From: a virus
Taxonomy: Duplodnaviria; Heunggongvirae; Uroviricota; Caudoviricetes
Direction: 5' to 3' (one strand)
DNA length: 64,000 nt
IMG/VR virus record: IMGVR_UViG_3300025697_002467
The translations under genes and the position numbers were made by a program. The notes beneath the pieces were generated by a model. That model worked only from the letters and a program-made list of their open reading frames with translations. It was not told where the DNA came from and searched no databases. This document shows, piece after piece, positions 1 through 8,942 of this stretch (the stretch's first letter is position 1; the number at the start of each line of letters is the position of its first letter).

Positions 1-267
1 CCCGCAGTATTGACACTGGCCTTTGTCCCTGATCCAGATATTCCGACGGTTGAACTTCACACCTTTACGGAAGTATTTGGTCATCTTGGCCACAAATCTG
101 ATAATTGACGGTAATGGGAAAGTCGTAGAAGGAGACCGTAAAAATAAACCCTCGTACACATCTTCGATCACAGCTCGACCGGAAGTTATCCATGTGATAG
201 CTTTTTGCCATGACACTGTATTGACGGGCATGTATGAACTATTTAGGACAAGAACTTGGGTTTCCAT
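1..267 (-). CDS. HNH endonuclease, partial (N-terminal 89 aa; C-terminus runs off the window start)
   Basis: Minus-strand ATG at 265-267 preceded by an AAGGAG RBS. Translation ends ...KGVKFNRRNIWIRDKGQCQYCG at position 1, the conserved HNH-family R-N-x-x-x-RD...CxYC segment. Not in the ORF track because no stop codon falls inside the window. Confidence 0.5.
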   Translation of the reverse strand, partial: METQVLVLNSSYMPVNTVSWQKAITWITSGRAVIEDVYEGLFLRSPSTTFPLPSIIRFVAKMTKYFRKGVKFNRRNIWIRDKGQCQYCG

Positions 268-335
268 AACTAACTCCTTTTATAAACTCCTATAAGGACA
301 ATTAAATAATAGAGAAAGTGGCATAAAAGGTCAAG

Positions 336-941
336 TTATGATTCTTGTCGTAGAACATTTCTACAAAACTTGGCTCGATGTATTGGTGTTACTCCCAATT
401 TCTTAATAGCATACGTATGTACCGGTGTGCCATAACCAGCATTTTTATCCCAGCCATAACCGGGATATGCTTTGGACATCTCAACCATATAATTATCTCT
501 AGCCACTTTGGCCAGAATAGATGCTGCTCCAATAGTCCATTCGATTGCGTCTCCATGTATGATGAATTCAGTTCGGACTCCTTGGAGTTCTGCCCATTGA
601 TTTGGATTCGGGGCTTTTCCATCAATCTTCACACACTCAATAGATTCTAAAGGAACTTTCTTCATAAGGTTTAAAGCTGCTTCTCGGAAACACTCAAAAA
701 CGGCCTTGTTGATACCTAAATGGTCAATTGTAGACACTGGCCTGCTTACGATGCTGAAGTACGTGTCAGGGGCATTCTGGAGTGATCTGGATACTACTAT
801 ACGTCGTGTCCCTGTCAGTTTCTTACTGTCGTCCACCCCTGCCACAGGTTTCATATCAACAGGAGCCATAAAAGCTGCTGCATGAACGTCTCCTGCCAAG
901 CATCCTCGACCAACCTCATCTATTCCAATGATGTATTTCAT
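336..941 (-). CDS. rnhB: Ribonuclease HII
   Basis: GIDEVGRGCLAG metal-binding motif at the N-terminus; the 201-aa length is typical of RNase HII. Confidence 0.9.
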   Translation of the reverse strand: MKYIIGIDEVGRGCLAGDVHAAAFMAPVDMKPVAGVDDSKKLTGTRRIVVSRSLQNAPDTYFSIVSRPVSTIDHLGINKAVFECFREAALNLMKKVPLESIECVKIDGKAPNPNQWAELQGVRTEFIIHGDAIEWTIGAASILAKVARDNYMVEMSKAYPGYGWDKNAGYGTPVHTYAIKKLGVTPIHRAKFCRNVLRQES

Positions 942-1115
942 TTCTTTCGATTATCCTTTTTAGGGATGGTCTCCCAGGCTTTACCTGCCCACTGGCAATC
1001 AGAACACTGAACATTATAGCCCCAGTCCCGGAGCTTATAATCTTCGTCAGTCTGATGGATGTTATTACTTCCACACTTAGAGCATTTTGTTTTCATTTTA
1101 GCTCCTATTGAAAAA

Positions 1116-1192
1116 TGGTACTCGTGACAGGGCTCGAACCTGTAATCAACGGCTTCGAAGGCCGGTGCCTTATCCAGTTAGGCCACACGAGC
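1116..1192 (-). tRNA. tRNA-Arg (anticodon TCG)
   Basis: Manual cloverleaf: acceptor GCTCGTG/CACGAGT, anticodon loop CTTCGAA, T-arm GGTTCGAGCCC, encoded CCA. Confidence 0.8.
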
Positions 1193-1197
1193 ATAAG

Positions 1198-1665
1198 TTA
1201 TTTATAGGCCAGAATATCAATCCCAGCTTCTTCTAACATCAGGGCAGAAATCTTGAAATCTTCTCCCCACCTCGGCATCTCGAAATCCGGTACAGAACAA
1301 ACCATCTGAGTTATACCAGACTGAATGATACCCCGAGCACAGTCTGTACATGGGAACCATTTTAAATATATTGTACAGTTTTTCAGAGGAACCCCAGTTC
1401 GAGCTGCATTGTAGATAGCATTCCGCTCTGCATGTTCAACCCACTTGTATTTCTCAGGTCTGACTTCATACCGTTCTTTCTTGTCTTTAACTCCTCGGGG
1501 AATTCCGTTGTATCCTAACGACCGAACTTCTCTGTCCGGACCGACGATAACAGCCCCTACTCCGGTGGAAGGGTCTTTGCTCCACTTTTCAACTGTTCCA
1601 CATAAGTCGAGAAATTTCTTATCCCATCTGCTAAGTTGGGAGTATTCGGTTTCTTTGAGAGGCAT
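1198..1665 (-). CDS. dCMP deaminase (deoxycytidylate deaminase)
   Basis: HAERNAI and PCTDCA zinc-binding motifs of the cytidine/dCMP deaminase family. Confidence 0.85.
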   Translation of the reverse strand: MPLKETEYSQLSRWDKKFLDLCGTVEKWSKDPSTGVGAVIVGPDREVRSLGYNGIPRGVKDKKERYEVRPEKYKWVEHAERNAIYNAARTGVPLKNCTIYLKWFPCTDCARGIIQSGITQMVCSVPDFEMPRWGEDFKISALMLEEAGIDILAYK

Positions 1666-1678
1666 TTTATTCTCCTAT

Positions 1679-1870
1679 TTAGTTACCTGTTTTCTCTGGT
1701 AAAGGACACCATTCAGGAGTCCCTTCCTCTGGGGTTGGTTTATTCATAACTTTACAAGTATCTGTTATTTTAAAACTCGCACAACCAGAGGGGTCTACTG
1801 ATGTAGTTTCTTGAGCATTAATCTGATTTGGACATCCTTTGCAAGAAAAAACTTTAAAATATTTAATCAT
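1679..1870 (-). CDS. hypothetical Cys-rich small protein
   Basis: ORF of 63 aa with CxxC pairs; no recognisable domain. Confidence 0.35.
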   Translation of the reverse strand: MIKYFKVFSCKGCPNQINAQETTSVDPSGCASFKITDTCKVMNKPTPEEGTPEWCPLPEKTGN

Positions 1871-1873
1871 TTC

Positions 1874-2167
1874 TCACCTTTTCCGTTTACGGTGGTTAGA
1901 TTCTTTGGTTTTCATATACTGACCGGGCGGAACTTTCCGGATAAACTTGACAGCTTTGAAAAACCGATCATTGGCCATCAATCCGGCAATAGTGTCCAGC
2001 TCCAAGACAGGATTCCTCAACTCGTGATTGCTAAACAAAGTATGGATTGTCTTATGGCATTCACGGCATACTAACTCAATGTCCTTCTTATCAGTTTTCT
2101 GAGTTTTCATATGGTGTTTCTCCATCAACTCAGGTACTTCTCTTTTACACAATGGGCATTTATTCAT
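1874..2167 (-). CDS. HNH endonuclease (small)
   Basis: CPLC...HH...CRECHKTIH HNH zinc-finger pattern; the start overlaps the upstream gene. Confidence 0.7.
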   Translation of the reverse strand: MNKCPLCKREVPELMEKHHMKTQKTDKKDIELVCRECHKTIHTLFSNHELRNPVLELDTIAGLMANDRFFKAVKFIRKVPPGQYMKTKESNHRKRKR

Positions 2168-2718
2168 GTCAATTTCGGTATCATTATTTTATTTACAGCT
2201 TCATTAAGATCTTCCAGAGTCCCATCGTTAACGATTATGTGATCCGGGATAATGTGATCTACCCCTGTCTCAGTTTCATGTTTCTGTTCATTATCTGTTG
2301 AAGTAGGTCCGCCAGGACGATCCACTCGGATAACATAGTCACAGAAAGCTGCTTCAAAGGGCAATCGGATATCTGAAATGATAGCTACTTTAGGACGGTA
2401 AGGGTGGCTGTCACGGATGTCTTGCTCAAGAGCTCGTAACCACACCATCTCATCCAAACCACGGAAAAAGGATGATATCTTTTGTAAGGCTTCTCGGCCT
2501 GTTAAGTCTGGGGCTATAGTGGATGCTTTCCCTGCAGTACTCCAGGTGTCAGCACCCCATAACCCTTGCACAACCTTCTTCATGTAATTAGACAACTGGA
2601 AAATTAAACTGGAGCCCCCTAACCTACTAATCCGTATAGTTAGAGCATCGGACACGGCATCTTTACCTGACATCATTTTGCCAGTGACTCCAATAACAAT
2701 CGTGTAATTATCAATCAT
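2164..2718 (-). CDS. P-loop kinase, deoxynucleoside monophosphate kinase-like
   Basis: Walker A GVTGKMMSGKD at the N-terminus. Sits among dUTPase and dCMP deaminase genes, as T4 gp1-like dNMP kinases do. Confidence 0.5.
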   Translation of the reverse strand: MIDNYTIVIGVTGKMMSGKDAVSDALTIRISRLGGSSLIFQLSNYMKKVVQGLWGADTWSTAGKASTIAPDLTGREALQKISSFFRGLDEMVWLRALEQDIRDSHPYRPKVAIISDIRLPFEAAFCDYVIRVDRPGGPTSTDNEQKHETETGVDHIIPDHIIVNDGTLEDLNEAVNKIMIPKLT

Positions 2719-2886
2719 TTTTTCCTCGTTTTATTAGGAAATCCCCGGGGATAGGTTTTTGTATTTCTCCCATAGGGTATTTTTCTTTTGCATTCTCGTG
2801 ACGAATACGAGAACGCTCTTCTTTGCCTATAGCCCGCCAAGCATTTAATGTTAGTAAGACAATTCTTTTTTGATCTTCTGTCATAT

Positions 2887-3231
2887 CTAATCTTTCTCCT
2901 GACCGAAATGGGCTTTAGCACATGTCTCACAGAAATAAATCCCACAGTACAAACATCGATAAGCATAGTGCATATTGATGGTTTTTCCACAAACACAAGT
3001 TACGTCAGGACATTTACCCCTGATTTGCTTATACTGTTTCTTGTATGCTGCCCGTTTATCAGGGATTGACATATTTGCCGTCGGGTCTACACCACACTCT
3101 GCTTCCTTATCCTTCAATTCTTTCAAGGCTAAAGCCCTGATGCTCTCAAGACGAGCTCGTATTTCAACGGTATCTCCATAGGAATTAGGAAACCTGTCTA
3201 TCTCAGCCATGATTTTCTTGTATGTTGACAT
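2887..3231 (-). CDS. hypothetical zinc-ribbon protein
   Basis: ORF of 114 aa with a C-terminal CxxC...CxxC cluster. The overlapping ORF 2715..2996 may be an alternative or spurious call. Confidence 0.45.
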   Translation of the reverse strand: MSTYKKIMAEIDRFPNSYGDTVEIRARLESIRALALKELKDKEAECGVDPTANMSIPDKRAAYKKQYKQIRGKCPDVTCVCGKTINMHYAYRCLYCGIYFCETCAKAHFGQEKD

Positions 3232-3428
3232 TAGTTTTTCTTCATGAGGTTAAAGGTTTTGGCCCCCTCAACACATTTGGGGTTGTCATTGCAATACCTG
3301 ACGTTCATGTCCATCGTGCCTGCGGGCATATTCATGTCAGCACTTATATCCCGTTTAAACACGGAGATTTGGGCATCCGGTCGTTCTGTATCACAAACGT
3401 GACATTTCCATTTTAAATCATTCATCAT
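3231..3428 (-). CDS. hypothetical protein
   Basis: ORF of 65 aa, Cys-rich. Confidence 0.35.
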   Translation of the reverse strand: MMNDLKWKCHVCDTERPDAQISVFKRDISADMNMPAGTMDMNVRYCNDNPKCVEGAKTFNLMKKN

Positions 3429-3554
3429 TTAAAGCCCCATTTCTTAGGTTGAAATATTAGAGAGACTACTATTCCGAATAGAACTAAGATACAAGCTACA
3501 CCAACCCCTTCCAGGATTAGTACCATTATGGACTCAATTTCAGTTACTGGGATT

Positions 3555-4364
3555 TCAGTCATCGTCTTCATCCTTTAAGTGTTCCTTCATACGGGAGTCA
3601 ACATCTGCTGCATCTCCCATTACAGAAGGTTTTTGATCTTCTGCCCATTTGTAGACCTGTTTTGTGTCTGGCATCTTCTGAGTTTTGAACATATTATTGA
3701 CAACAGCATTCGGGCAAAGAGGCATTAGTCCTCGAATGGTCGGGAGTGAGTTGCACCCCATTGAAACACCTTTGTGTTTTCCATCCTGAATATCTTTCAT
3801 GTGTTCGTCCCAGTTAGAGAGGGTCTCCAGATTATAGTTATTGGTTGCCAGCTCGTAGTTTGAATACTGTTTCTGGCCTGTGATTTCTTTAAGACACCAA
3901 TCAGGAACTACTACAACAGAACCTTCAGGATCATTTTTATCTTCAGGGTCTGTGTATTCCAACTCAGCAATACGAAGACCTTTGTAACGATCCTCATAAA
4001 GGTCTACTTCAAAGACATGGTATGAAACCAGATTCATGATACAATACCGTACCTTATGAATTACAGCATCACCACAACGATCTATTAATGAATAAGCATC
4101 ATCAAGACTGATAGGGAATTCAAACTCATCCCTAGTAGTTCCGGCAGCATCTAAGAAATCACTCTTTAGGGTTAGATAGGCCATATCTTTTATCAGAGGG
4201 TGTCTGTTTTTAAGCTCTTTTTGAACACGTACTCGAACAACCATACCAGAGAATTTCCCAAGATAACCTTGAATGATATCATAAACATCCTCAGCTTTCT
4301 TAAGTAGGTCGTTTTGATAATAACTGGCACTAACTAACCAACGGCGTTCTATTTCTTTTGACAT
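3555..4364 (-). CDS. CYTH-domain protein (triphosphate tunnel metalloenzyme family) with a C-terminal extension
   Basis: N-terminal EIERRWLV matches the CYTH ExExK signature (EIERKFLV). Confidence 0.55.
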   Translation of the reverse strand: MSKEIERRWLVSASYYQNDLLKKAEDVYDIIQGYLGKFSGMVVRVRVQKELKNRHPLIKDMAYLTLKSDFLDAAGTTRDEFEFPISLDDAYSLIDRCGDAVIHKVRYCIMNLVSYHVFEVDLYEDRYKGLRIAELEYTDPEDKNDPEGSVVVVPDWCLKEITGQKQYSNYELATNNYNLETLSNWDEHMKDIQDGKHKGVSMGCNSLPTIRGLMPLCPNAVVNNMFKTQKMPDTKQVYKWAEDQKPSVMGDAADVDSRMKEHLKDEDDD

Positions 4365-4373
4365 TGAAACCTC

Positions 4374-4844
4374 TTATTTCCCTGTAGAGCCTAACCCACC
4401 TTCACCACGGTCGGTGTCGTTGAGTTTTTCAACTTCGTTCAGTGACACTCCTGCCAGATGAGCTACGAAAAACAGTTGGGCTATCCTGTCGTTTTTATTG
4501 ATAAGGTAAGCACTATCCCCTGTGTTCAACAGGATGACCTTGATATTCCCACGATAATGGGAATCTATAATGCCAGGTGAGTTCACGATGGTAATACCGT
4601 GTTTGGCTGCCAATCCTGAACGAGGGGTTATCATTGCAAAATATCCGACGGGAGTTTCCAAACTGATTCCAGTATCTACAATCAGACGTTGACCTGAACA
4701 AATAGACACAGCATCTGCTGAGGGTAAATCCCATCCCGCATCTGTGGGGTGAGACTTGCTGGGTGTATTGATGCTGTCGTCAGTTTTGTGGAAATTGATT
4801 AAGTTCGGGTTGGGGGGCTGATATATCTTTACTAAATCACTCAT
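4374..4844 (-). CDS. dut: dUTP diphosphatase (dUTPase)
   Basis: GIIDSHYRG and RGEGGLGSTG motifs; the likely start is the internal Met MSDLVKIY. Confidence 0.9.
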   Translation of the reverse strand: MSDLVKIYQPPNPNLINFHKTDDSINTPSKSHPTDAGWDLPSADAVSICSGQRLIVDTGISLETPVGYFAMITPRSGLAAKHGITIVNSPGIIDSHYRGNIKVILLNTGDSAYLINKNDRIAQLFFVAHLAGVSLNEVEKLNDTDRGEGGLGSTGK

Positions 4845-4920
4845 AGGAATCCTTTCGTTTACAATAAAATAATGTCCTTGAATAATAATACCCCATAATG
4901 GCATCCAACTGTTTTAAAAA

Positions 4921-4997
4921 TGGTGGGTCTGTACGGATTTGAACCGTAGATCGTCCGGTTATGAGCCGGGTGCATTAACCAACTATGCTACAGACCC
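4921..4997 (-). tRNA. tRNA-Met (anticodon CAT)
   Basis: Acceptor GGGTCTG/CAGACCC, anticodon loop CTCATAA, encoded CCA. Confidence 0.8.
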
Positions 4998-5181
4998 TTT
5001 ATTCTAATTCTGAATCTAGGAGTACGAAACCAAGGCATCTGGAACAGGTGGCCGTTCCAGAACCTGCAAATTCCATAAACACATGGAATTGTGAACAATG
5101 AGGGCATTTTAATAGAAAGAACCTGAATGTATACATATTAGTCCTCCATAAAGTGGAGAACATCATCAAAAAATTGACTTT

Positions 5182-5385
5182 CTAGTCTGAGTTCTCAGCC
5201 CATAACGGAGCGTTCTCGTTTACATACTCAGTTAAAAAATCTCTAGTTCCTCTATCTTTTTCACTATCTTGTTTTTTCAGAGTTTCAATGAACTCGTCTA
5301 ATTGGTCTCCAGCCTTAACATCCTCAATTACCATAGTTAAGAAATCTACACACATTTCAAGATTAGTCATAAGAATACCTTTCAT
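5182..5385 (-). CDS. hypothetical protein
   Basis: The listed ORF 5182..5496 runs into tRNA-Cys and tRNA-Met; the internal Met at 5385 gives a non-overlapping 67-aa product. Confidence 0.35.
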   Translation of the reverse strand: MKGILMTNLEMCVDFLTMVIEDVKAGDQLDEFIETLKKQDSEKDRGTRDFLTEYVNENAPLWAENSD

Positions 5386-5389
5386 AAAT

Positions 5390-5465
5390 TGGAGCAGCTG
5401 TCCGGATTCGAACCGGAACCTCTGGATTTGCAATCCAGCGTCTTTGCCATTTTGACCACAGCTGC
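5390..5465 (-). tRNA. tRNA-Cys (anticodon GCA)
   Basis: Acceptor GCAGCTG/CAGCTGC, anticodon loop TTGCAAA, encoded CCA. Confidence 0.8.
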
Positions 5466-5466
5466 A

Positions 5467-5541
5467 TGGTGACAGGAGAGGAATTTGAATCCACAACCTC
5501 TCGAATATGAGTCGAGGGCTCTACCATTGAGCTATCCTGCC
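5467..5541 (-). tRNA. tRNA with CAT anticodon (elongator Met, or Ile2 if lysidine-modified)
   Basis: Acceptor GGCAGGA/TCCTGTC, anticodon loop CTCATAT, encoded CCA. It directly abuts tRNA-Cys. Confidence 0.75.
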
Positions 5542-5960
5542 TTAATTTTTGGTTTCGTTGTTAAACGAAACGAACCCATTAAAAAATCTCCAAGGTTCTT
5601 CATATTTTCAGTTCTTATATCCATACTGCCCTCTTTATAGACGGCTATTGCTTTTTCTTCAAGCCCCTTATGGAACTTATATAAACTTTCCATAGTATGA
5701 TCTCCGTTCCCTAACCCTACAGGGGAACCACAGTCGTTATTTTCCCATTCATCAGGTTCCATAGGTCGGATGTTTTTTATTTTACCACCAAAAAGATCAA
5801 TGAAGATTTGTATAAGGTACATATCAAATTCATCTCTGACTTCGGGTCTGTCCCATTGCATAAGGGATTCTTCTAATTTAAAAATCCTTCCAGCATCAGT
5901 ATGAAGTCTGTAAACGTCTCCAAGTTTTCTTAAATCCAATTTCCCGTGATATCCCATCAC
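5532..5960 (-). CDS. hypothetical protein
   Basis: ORF of 142 aa whose stop overlaps the tRNA 5' end by 10 nt. Confidence 0.5.
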   Translation of the reverse strand: MMGYHGKLDLRKLGDVYRLHTDAGRIFKLEESLMQWDRPEVRDEFDMYLIQIFIDLFGGKIKNIRPMEPDEWENNDCGSPVGLGNGDHTMESLYKFHKGLEEKAIAVYKEGSMDIRTENMKNLGDFLMGSFRLTTKPKIKAG

Positions 5961-6289
5961 TCCCCCTTTTCTTCGAAGAATGGAAAGGGGACTCGTTGAG
6001 TCGAACTTTCCATTACAATTTTACCACCACCGTCTATATATACAAGACCTTTGGCCCCATGCTCATTCTCAACCATGTCTGCTTGAGAACGCTGACACTC
6101 AGGACAAGAAACAATTCTCATCTCTGGTCGGTCAAATGGGTGAATTGGTTTCCCATCTTCATCCCATGCAGTCAGCTTTGTGTTTCCTGTGAACTGGAAA
6201 TGGAATCCTTGAACAGGTTTGTCGGCTGTTCCAGGCAGTTCCAGTTTTTCTTTGTCGCCCCATTCCTTGCCACATTTACACTTGTTCAT
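5957..6289 (-). CDS. hypothetical zinc-binding protein
   Basis: CKCG...CPEC motifs in a 110-aa product. Confidence 0.5.
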   Translation of the reverse strand: MNKCKCGKEWGDKEKLELPGTADKPVQGFHFQFTGNTKLTAWDEDGKPIHPFDRPEMRIVSCPECQRSQADMVENEHGAKGLVYIDGGGKIVMESSTQRVPFPFFEEKGE

Positions 6290-6298
6290 AATTACTCC

Positions 6299-7168
6299 TT
6301 ATAAAATGGTTCCGGGAGAAGGAATCGAACCCTCGTCTGATGAACCAAAATCATCCGTCTTGCCGTTAGACGATCCCGGAATGTATCCTTTTTTTACCCA
6401 TTTTCTTATTGAAGTATTACTAACTCCCAACATACTAGCAACCTCCAACTGGGTTTTTTCTTTTAGCAGTATTAAAAGTTCTTGAAAAGATATATCTACT
6501 GGGATAGCTTTTGTTTTCATTATGCAAAAGAAACATAACCCAGATTTACCATGTTTTGTGATTGCACGGCCACATTTTTTACAATTATATGCCTTTTTTC
6601 GTTTGGAAGCCCCACAAAAAGTAGGTTGCTGGCTGTTGCAATTAGGGCATAGTAGACGTAAATTTTCTAATCTGTGATCGTCTCGGACTCCGTTTATATG
6701 ATCCAAAACTAGAACTAATGGTTTCTTGTCCCACATAGGGAGCAACCCGCAAAGGACACATTTGTTTTTTAGTATTCCTTCGTGTAAAAGACGTTTTTTC
6801 AAATGACCCCTACTGTAAGTAGAGTGTTCCACCATTATTTTTTCAAGTGGTCTTTTCTGTGCTTGTCTGCGTTCCTTTAGTTTCCCACAGTTCTTTTTTA
6901 AACTGTTTCGTACAAACTCATTGTAATCTAAACCCATTTCTTGCATTCTGTTTTTTACAGTATAGTGGTTCCCCCCAACCCCTTTCAACCCAAAAAACTC
7001 TAATACTTCTCTAATGGAATCACTATTGTTTAGAAGTTCGATGAATTTGTCGTCTTCTAATTTCCATATAGGGCTTCTTCGTTTTCTAGTGTGCATACAT
7101 AAACCTCTGTTATTAATAGTTAGAACCTGTACTATTATCAATGGTATAGGTTTTTTAGAATAAGTCAA
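6299..7168 (-). CDS. HNH homing endonuclease with a C-terminal HTH-like domain
   Basis: LDHINGVRDDHRLENLRLLCPNCNSQ HNH core. It is a paralog of the 24065..24778 gene. The last ~25 codons read through tRNA-Gln in antisense. Confidence 0.8.
   Translation of the reverse strand: MTYSKKPIPLIIVQVLTINNRGLCMHTRKRRSPIWKLEDDKFIELLNNSDSIREVLEFFGLKGVGGNHYTVKNRMQEMGLDYNEFVRNSLKKNCGKLKERRQAQKRPLEKIMVEHSTYSRGHLKKRLLHEGILKNKCVLCGLLPMWDKKPLVLVLDHINGVRDDHRLENLRLLCPNCNSQQPTFCGASKRKKAYNCKKCGRAITKHGKSGLCFFCIMKTKAIPVDISFQELLILLKEKTQLEVASMLGVSNTSIRKWVKKGYIPGSSNGKTDDFGSSDEGSIPSPGTIL
6307..6380 (-). tRNA. tRNA-Gln (anticodon TTG)
   Basis: Acceptor TCCGGGA/TCCCGGA with a U1:A72 pair typical of tRNA-Gln, anticodon stem GATGA/TCATC, loop TTTTGGT, short D-arm. 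Confidence 0.7.
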
Positions 7169-7326
7169 GGTTTAATTACCTGCTGGACGACACCCGAATA
7201 ATTATCGGTTATACCACATAATATGAGTGTAAGATTTATCTACCTTACCACTCGTAACATCCGAGGGTTTAACCACTCAAGAGTGACAGGTTTATTATCA
7301 TCCTTAGACATTGGCATCTCCTTGTA

Positions 7327-7359
7327 ATACAACAACCCACGAAAATCAAAAACTAAGCC
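7327..7359 (-). promoter_or_regulatory. conserved phage promoter-like motif (plus-strand text CAACAACCCAC-N9-AAACTAAGCC), copy 1
   Basis: One of at least 13 copies of the same bipartite element with an invariant 9-nt spacer; intergenic between the divergent HNH genes. Confidence 0.45.
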
Positions 7360-7399
7360 GTTATTACCAGCTTGGTATTCTTATAGGGTATAATACCCT

Positions 7400-7774
7400 A
7401 TGAAAGGAAATGTCATGCCTAATCCAAATATTCAATGTTCAGCTTGTGGGAAACCAATCTACAGGTCTCCTCGTCAGATAGCCAAATCAAAAACAGGTCT
7501 TTTCTACTGTTGTAAAGCTCATCAGAAGAAATGGCGTTTCTACAAGATGACAGCATATCGGAAATTGGCTTTCGATAATTTCCCTCATAAATGTGATGAA
7601 TGTGGTTATGATTTCATGGAGATCCTTGAAGTTCATCATGTGGATTTCAACCACAGTAACGACCAGCTCGACAATCTTCGGATCTTATGCCCGAACTGTC
7701 ATCGGGAAATCCATTGGTACGGACGTGGAGAAGCTGCTATGGAAGCAGCTTATGAACCTGACTGGGAAGATTGA
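7400..7774 (+). CDS. HNH endonuclease
   Basis: HHVDFNHSNDQLDNLRILCPNCHREIH plus an N-terminal CxxC...CC zinc finger. It is divergent from the 6299..7168 HNH gene. Confidence 0.8.
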   Translation: MKGNVMPNPNIQCSACGKPIYRSPRQIAKSKTGLFYCCKAHQKKWRFYKMTAYRKLAFDNFPHKCDECGYDFMEILEVHHVDFNHSNDQLDNLRILCPNCHREIHWYGRGEAAMEAAYEPDWED

Positions 7775-8011
7775 CGGTTCTTCAACAACCTAACTAATCT
7801 CGTCCGATACATCCAAGGTATATAGGATTTTAATATTGATGGCCCATACGTAACAGGTTGTAACCCTACCAAAGGTTTTGCTTCCAGGCCATTGGTACCT
7901 CTAAGATGGGAGAGTCACTTGCTTTAAGTTTCTTCAATATCTCCCGGACAATTTCATTCCTGTGATGCTCTGGACCACATATCAATACCATTTTCGGATC
8001 AGGGTCGTCCA

Positions 8012-8227
8012 TTACATATCCTTAAATCGGGTAGCAGCCAGTAACCATCCTGCTGCTATTGTGGAACTCATCCACCCTATTACCCAAGCCCAAGGGATTC
8101 CTTGAGAGGGGTTTTCAACAAACCCGTAAACAATGTCAGCAAATACAAGGATAAGTGATACGATAACAAGCACCAAACCAAACACCCAGCTATTCTTAGT
8201 TGGTGGGTTATATTTTGGAGTTCCCAT
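8012..8227 (-). CDS. small membrane protein
   Basis: Two predicted transmembrane helices in 71 aa. Confidence 0.4.
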   Translation of the reverse strand: MGTPKYNPPTKNSWVFGLVLVIVSLILVFADIVYGFVENPSQGIPWAWVIGWMSSTIAAGWLLAATRFKDM

Positions 8228-8239
8228 GACAGTTTCCTT

Positions 8240-8638
8240 TCAAATACAAGATAGCCCAACGTATGCAGTCAAGGACAAAGTGCTTCGATTCCATTCCACT
8301 TTGTGCATCCATACAGTAATAATACCCTCAAAATCCTTGTTTTCTCTCAGAGCTGTGTCCTCTAGTACGGCAACACGCTCTGCAATCCAGAACCCAAGTT
8401 CTTGATACTGCTTTAATAAAGCTGTATCATCCCGAACTTTTGCTGTATAGGACAACCGTGTTAAAGGAACAATAACATGTTCCTTGGTTGGTTTAAGCAA
8501 CAAAACATTTTCACCACCAGCCCCGATTATGAGGGGCTTCTCTTTAGTCTGTGGTTTAGTCGGTTGTTTTACTGCAAAGTCTGCTCCGTTGTAATCATAT
8601 GGGATTACGTCAGTTACTGTTTTGGTTTCAATGTGCAT
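8240..8638 (-). CDS. hypothetical protein
   Basis: ORF of 132 aa ending just before a tRNA. Confidence 0.5.
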   Translation of the reverse strand: MHIETKTVTDVIPYDYNGADFAVKQPTKPQTKEKPLIIGAGGENVLLLKPTKEHVIVPLTRLSYTAKVRDDTALLKQYQELGFWIAERVAVLEDTALRENKDFEGIITVWMHKVEWNRSTLSLTAYVGLSCI

Positions 8639-8656
8639 AACATTTCCTTTTAAAAA

Positions 8657-8732
8657 TGGTGGAGCTTGTCGGGCTCGAACCGACCACCTTCTGCGTGCAA
8701 GGCAGACGCTCTTCCAGATGAGCTAAAGCCCC
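8657..8732 (-). tRNA. tRNA-Ala (anticodon TGC)
   Basis: Acceptor GGGGCTT/AAGCTCC carries the G3:U70 alanine identity pair; anticodon loop CTTGCAC; encoded CCA. Confidence 0.8.
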
Positions 8733-8942
8733 GAATTACCAATTCATTCTTTGTAACATTTCCAAATGAAGCTGTAGGTTCCCAGCTACCCGACGTGCCT
8801 TCTGTAACTCGACGGTCATCTGTTTAGCGGATTTGGTAAATCCTTTGTCGTCATATTTACAAAGTTTGTATCTGTACATCTCAACAATATCATCCTGATG
8901 AGCTATATTTTTTTTCAGTTTCTTGGATCAGATTATCTACGT

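Noticed and set aside
23-295. Plus-strand 90-aa ORF at the window start
   Set aside because: It lies antisense to a better-supported minus-strand partial HNH gene (ATG at 267 with an AAGGAG RBS and the conserved RNIWIRD...CQYCG segment). It has no RBS and no motif.
2715-2996. 93-aa ORF overlapping the 2887..3231 gene by 110 nt
   Set aside because: It is strongly basic and low-complexity and overlaps a Cys-motif-bearing ORF in another frame. It is kept only as a note because either could be real.
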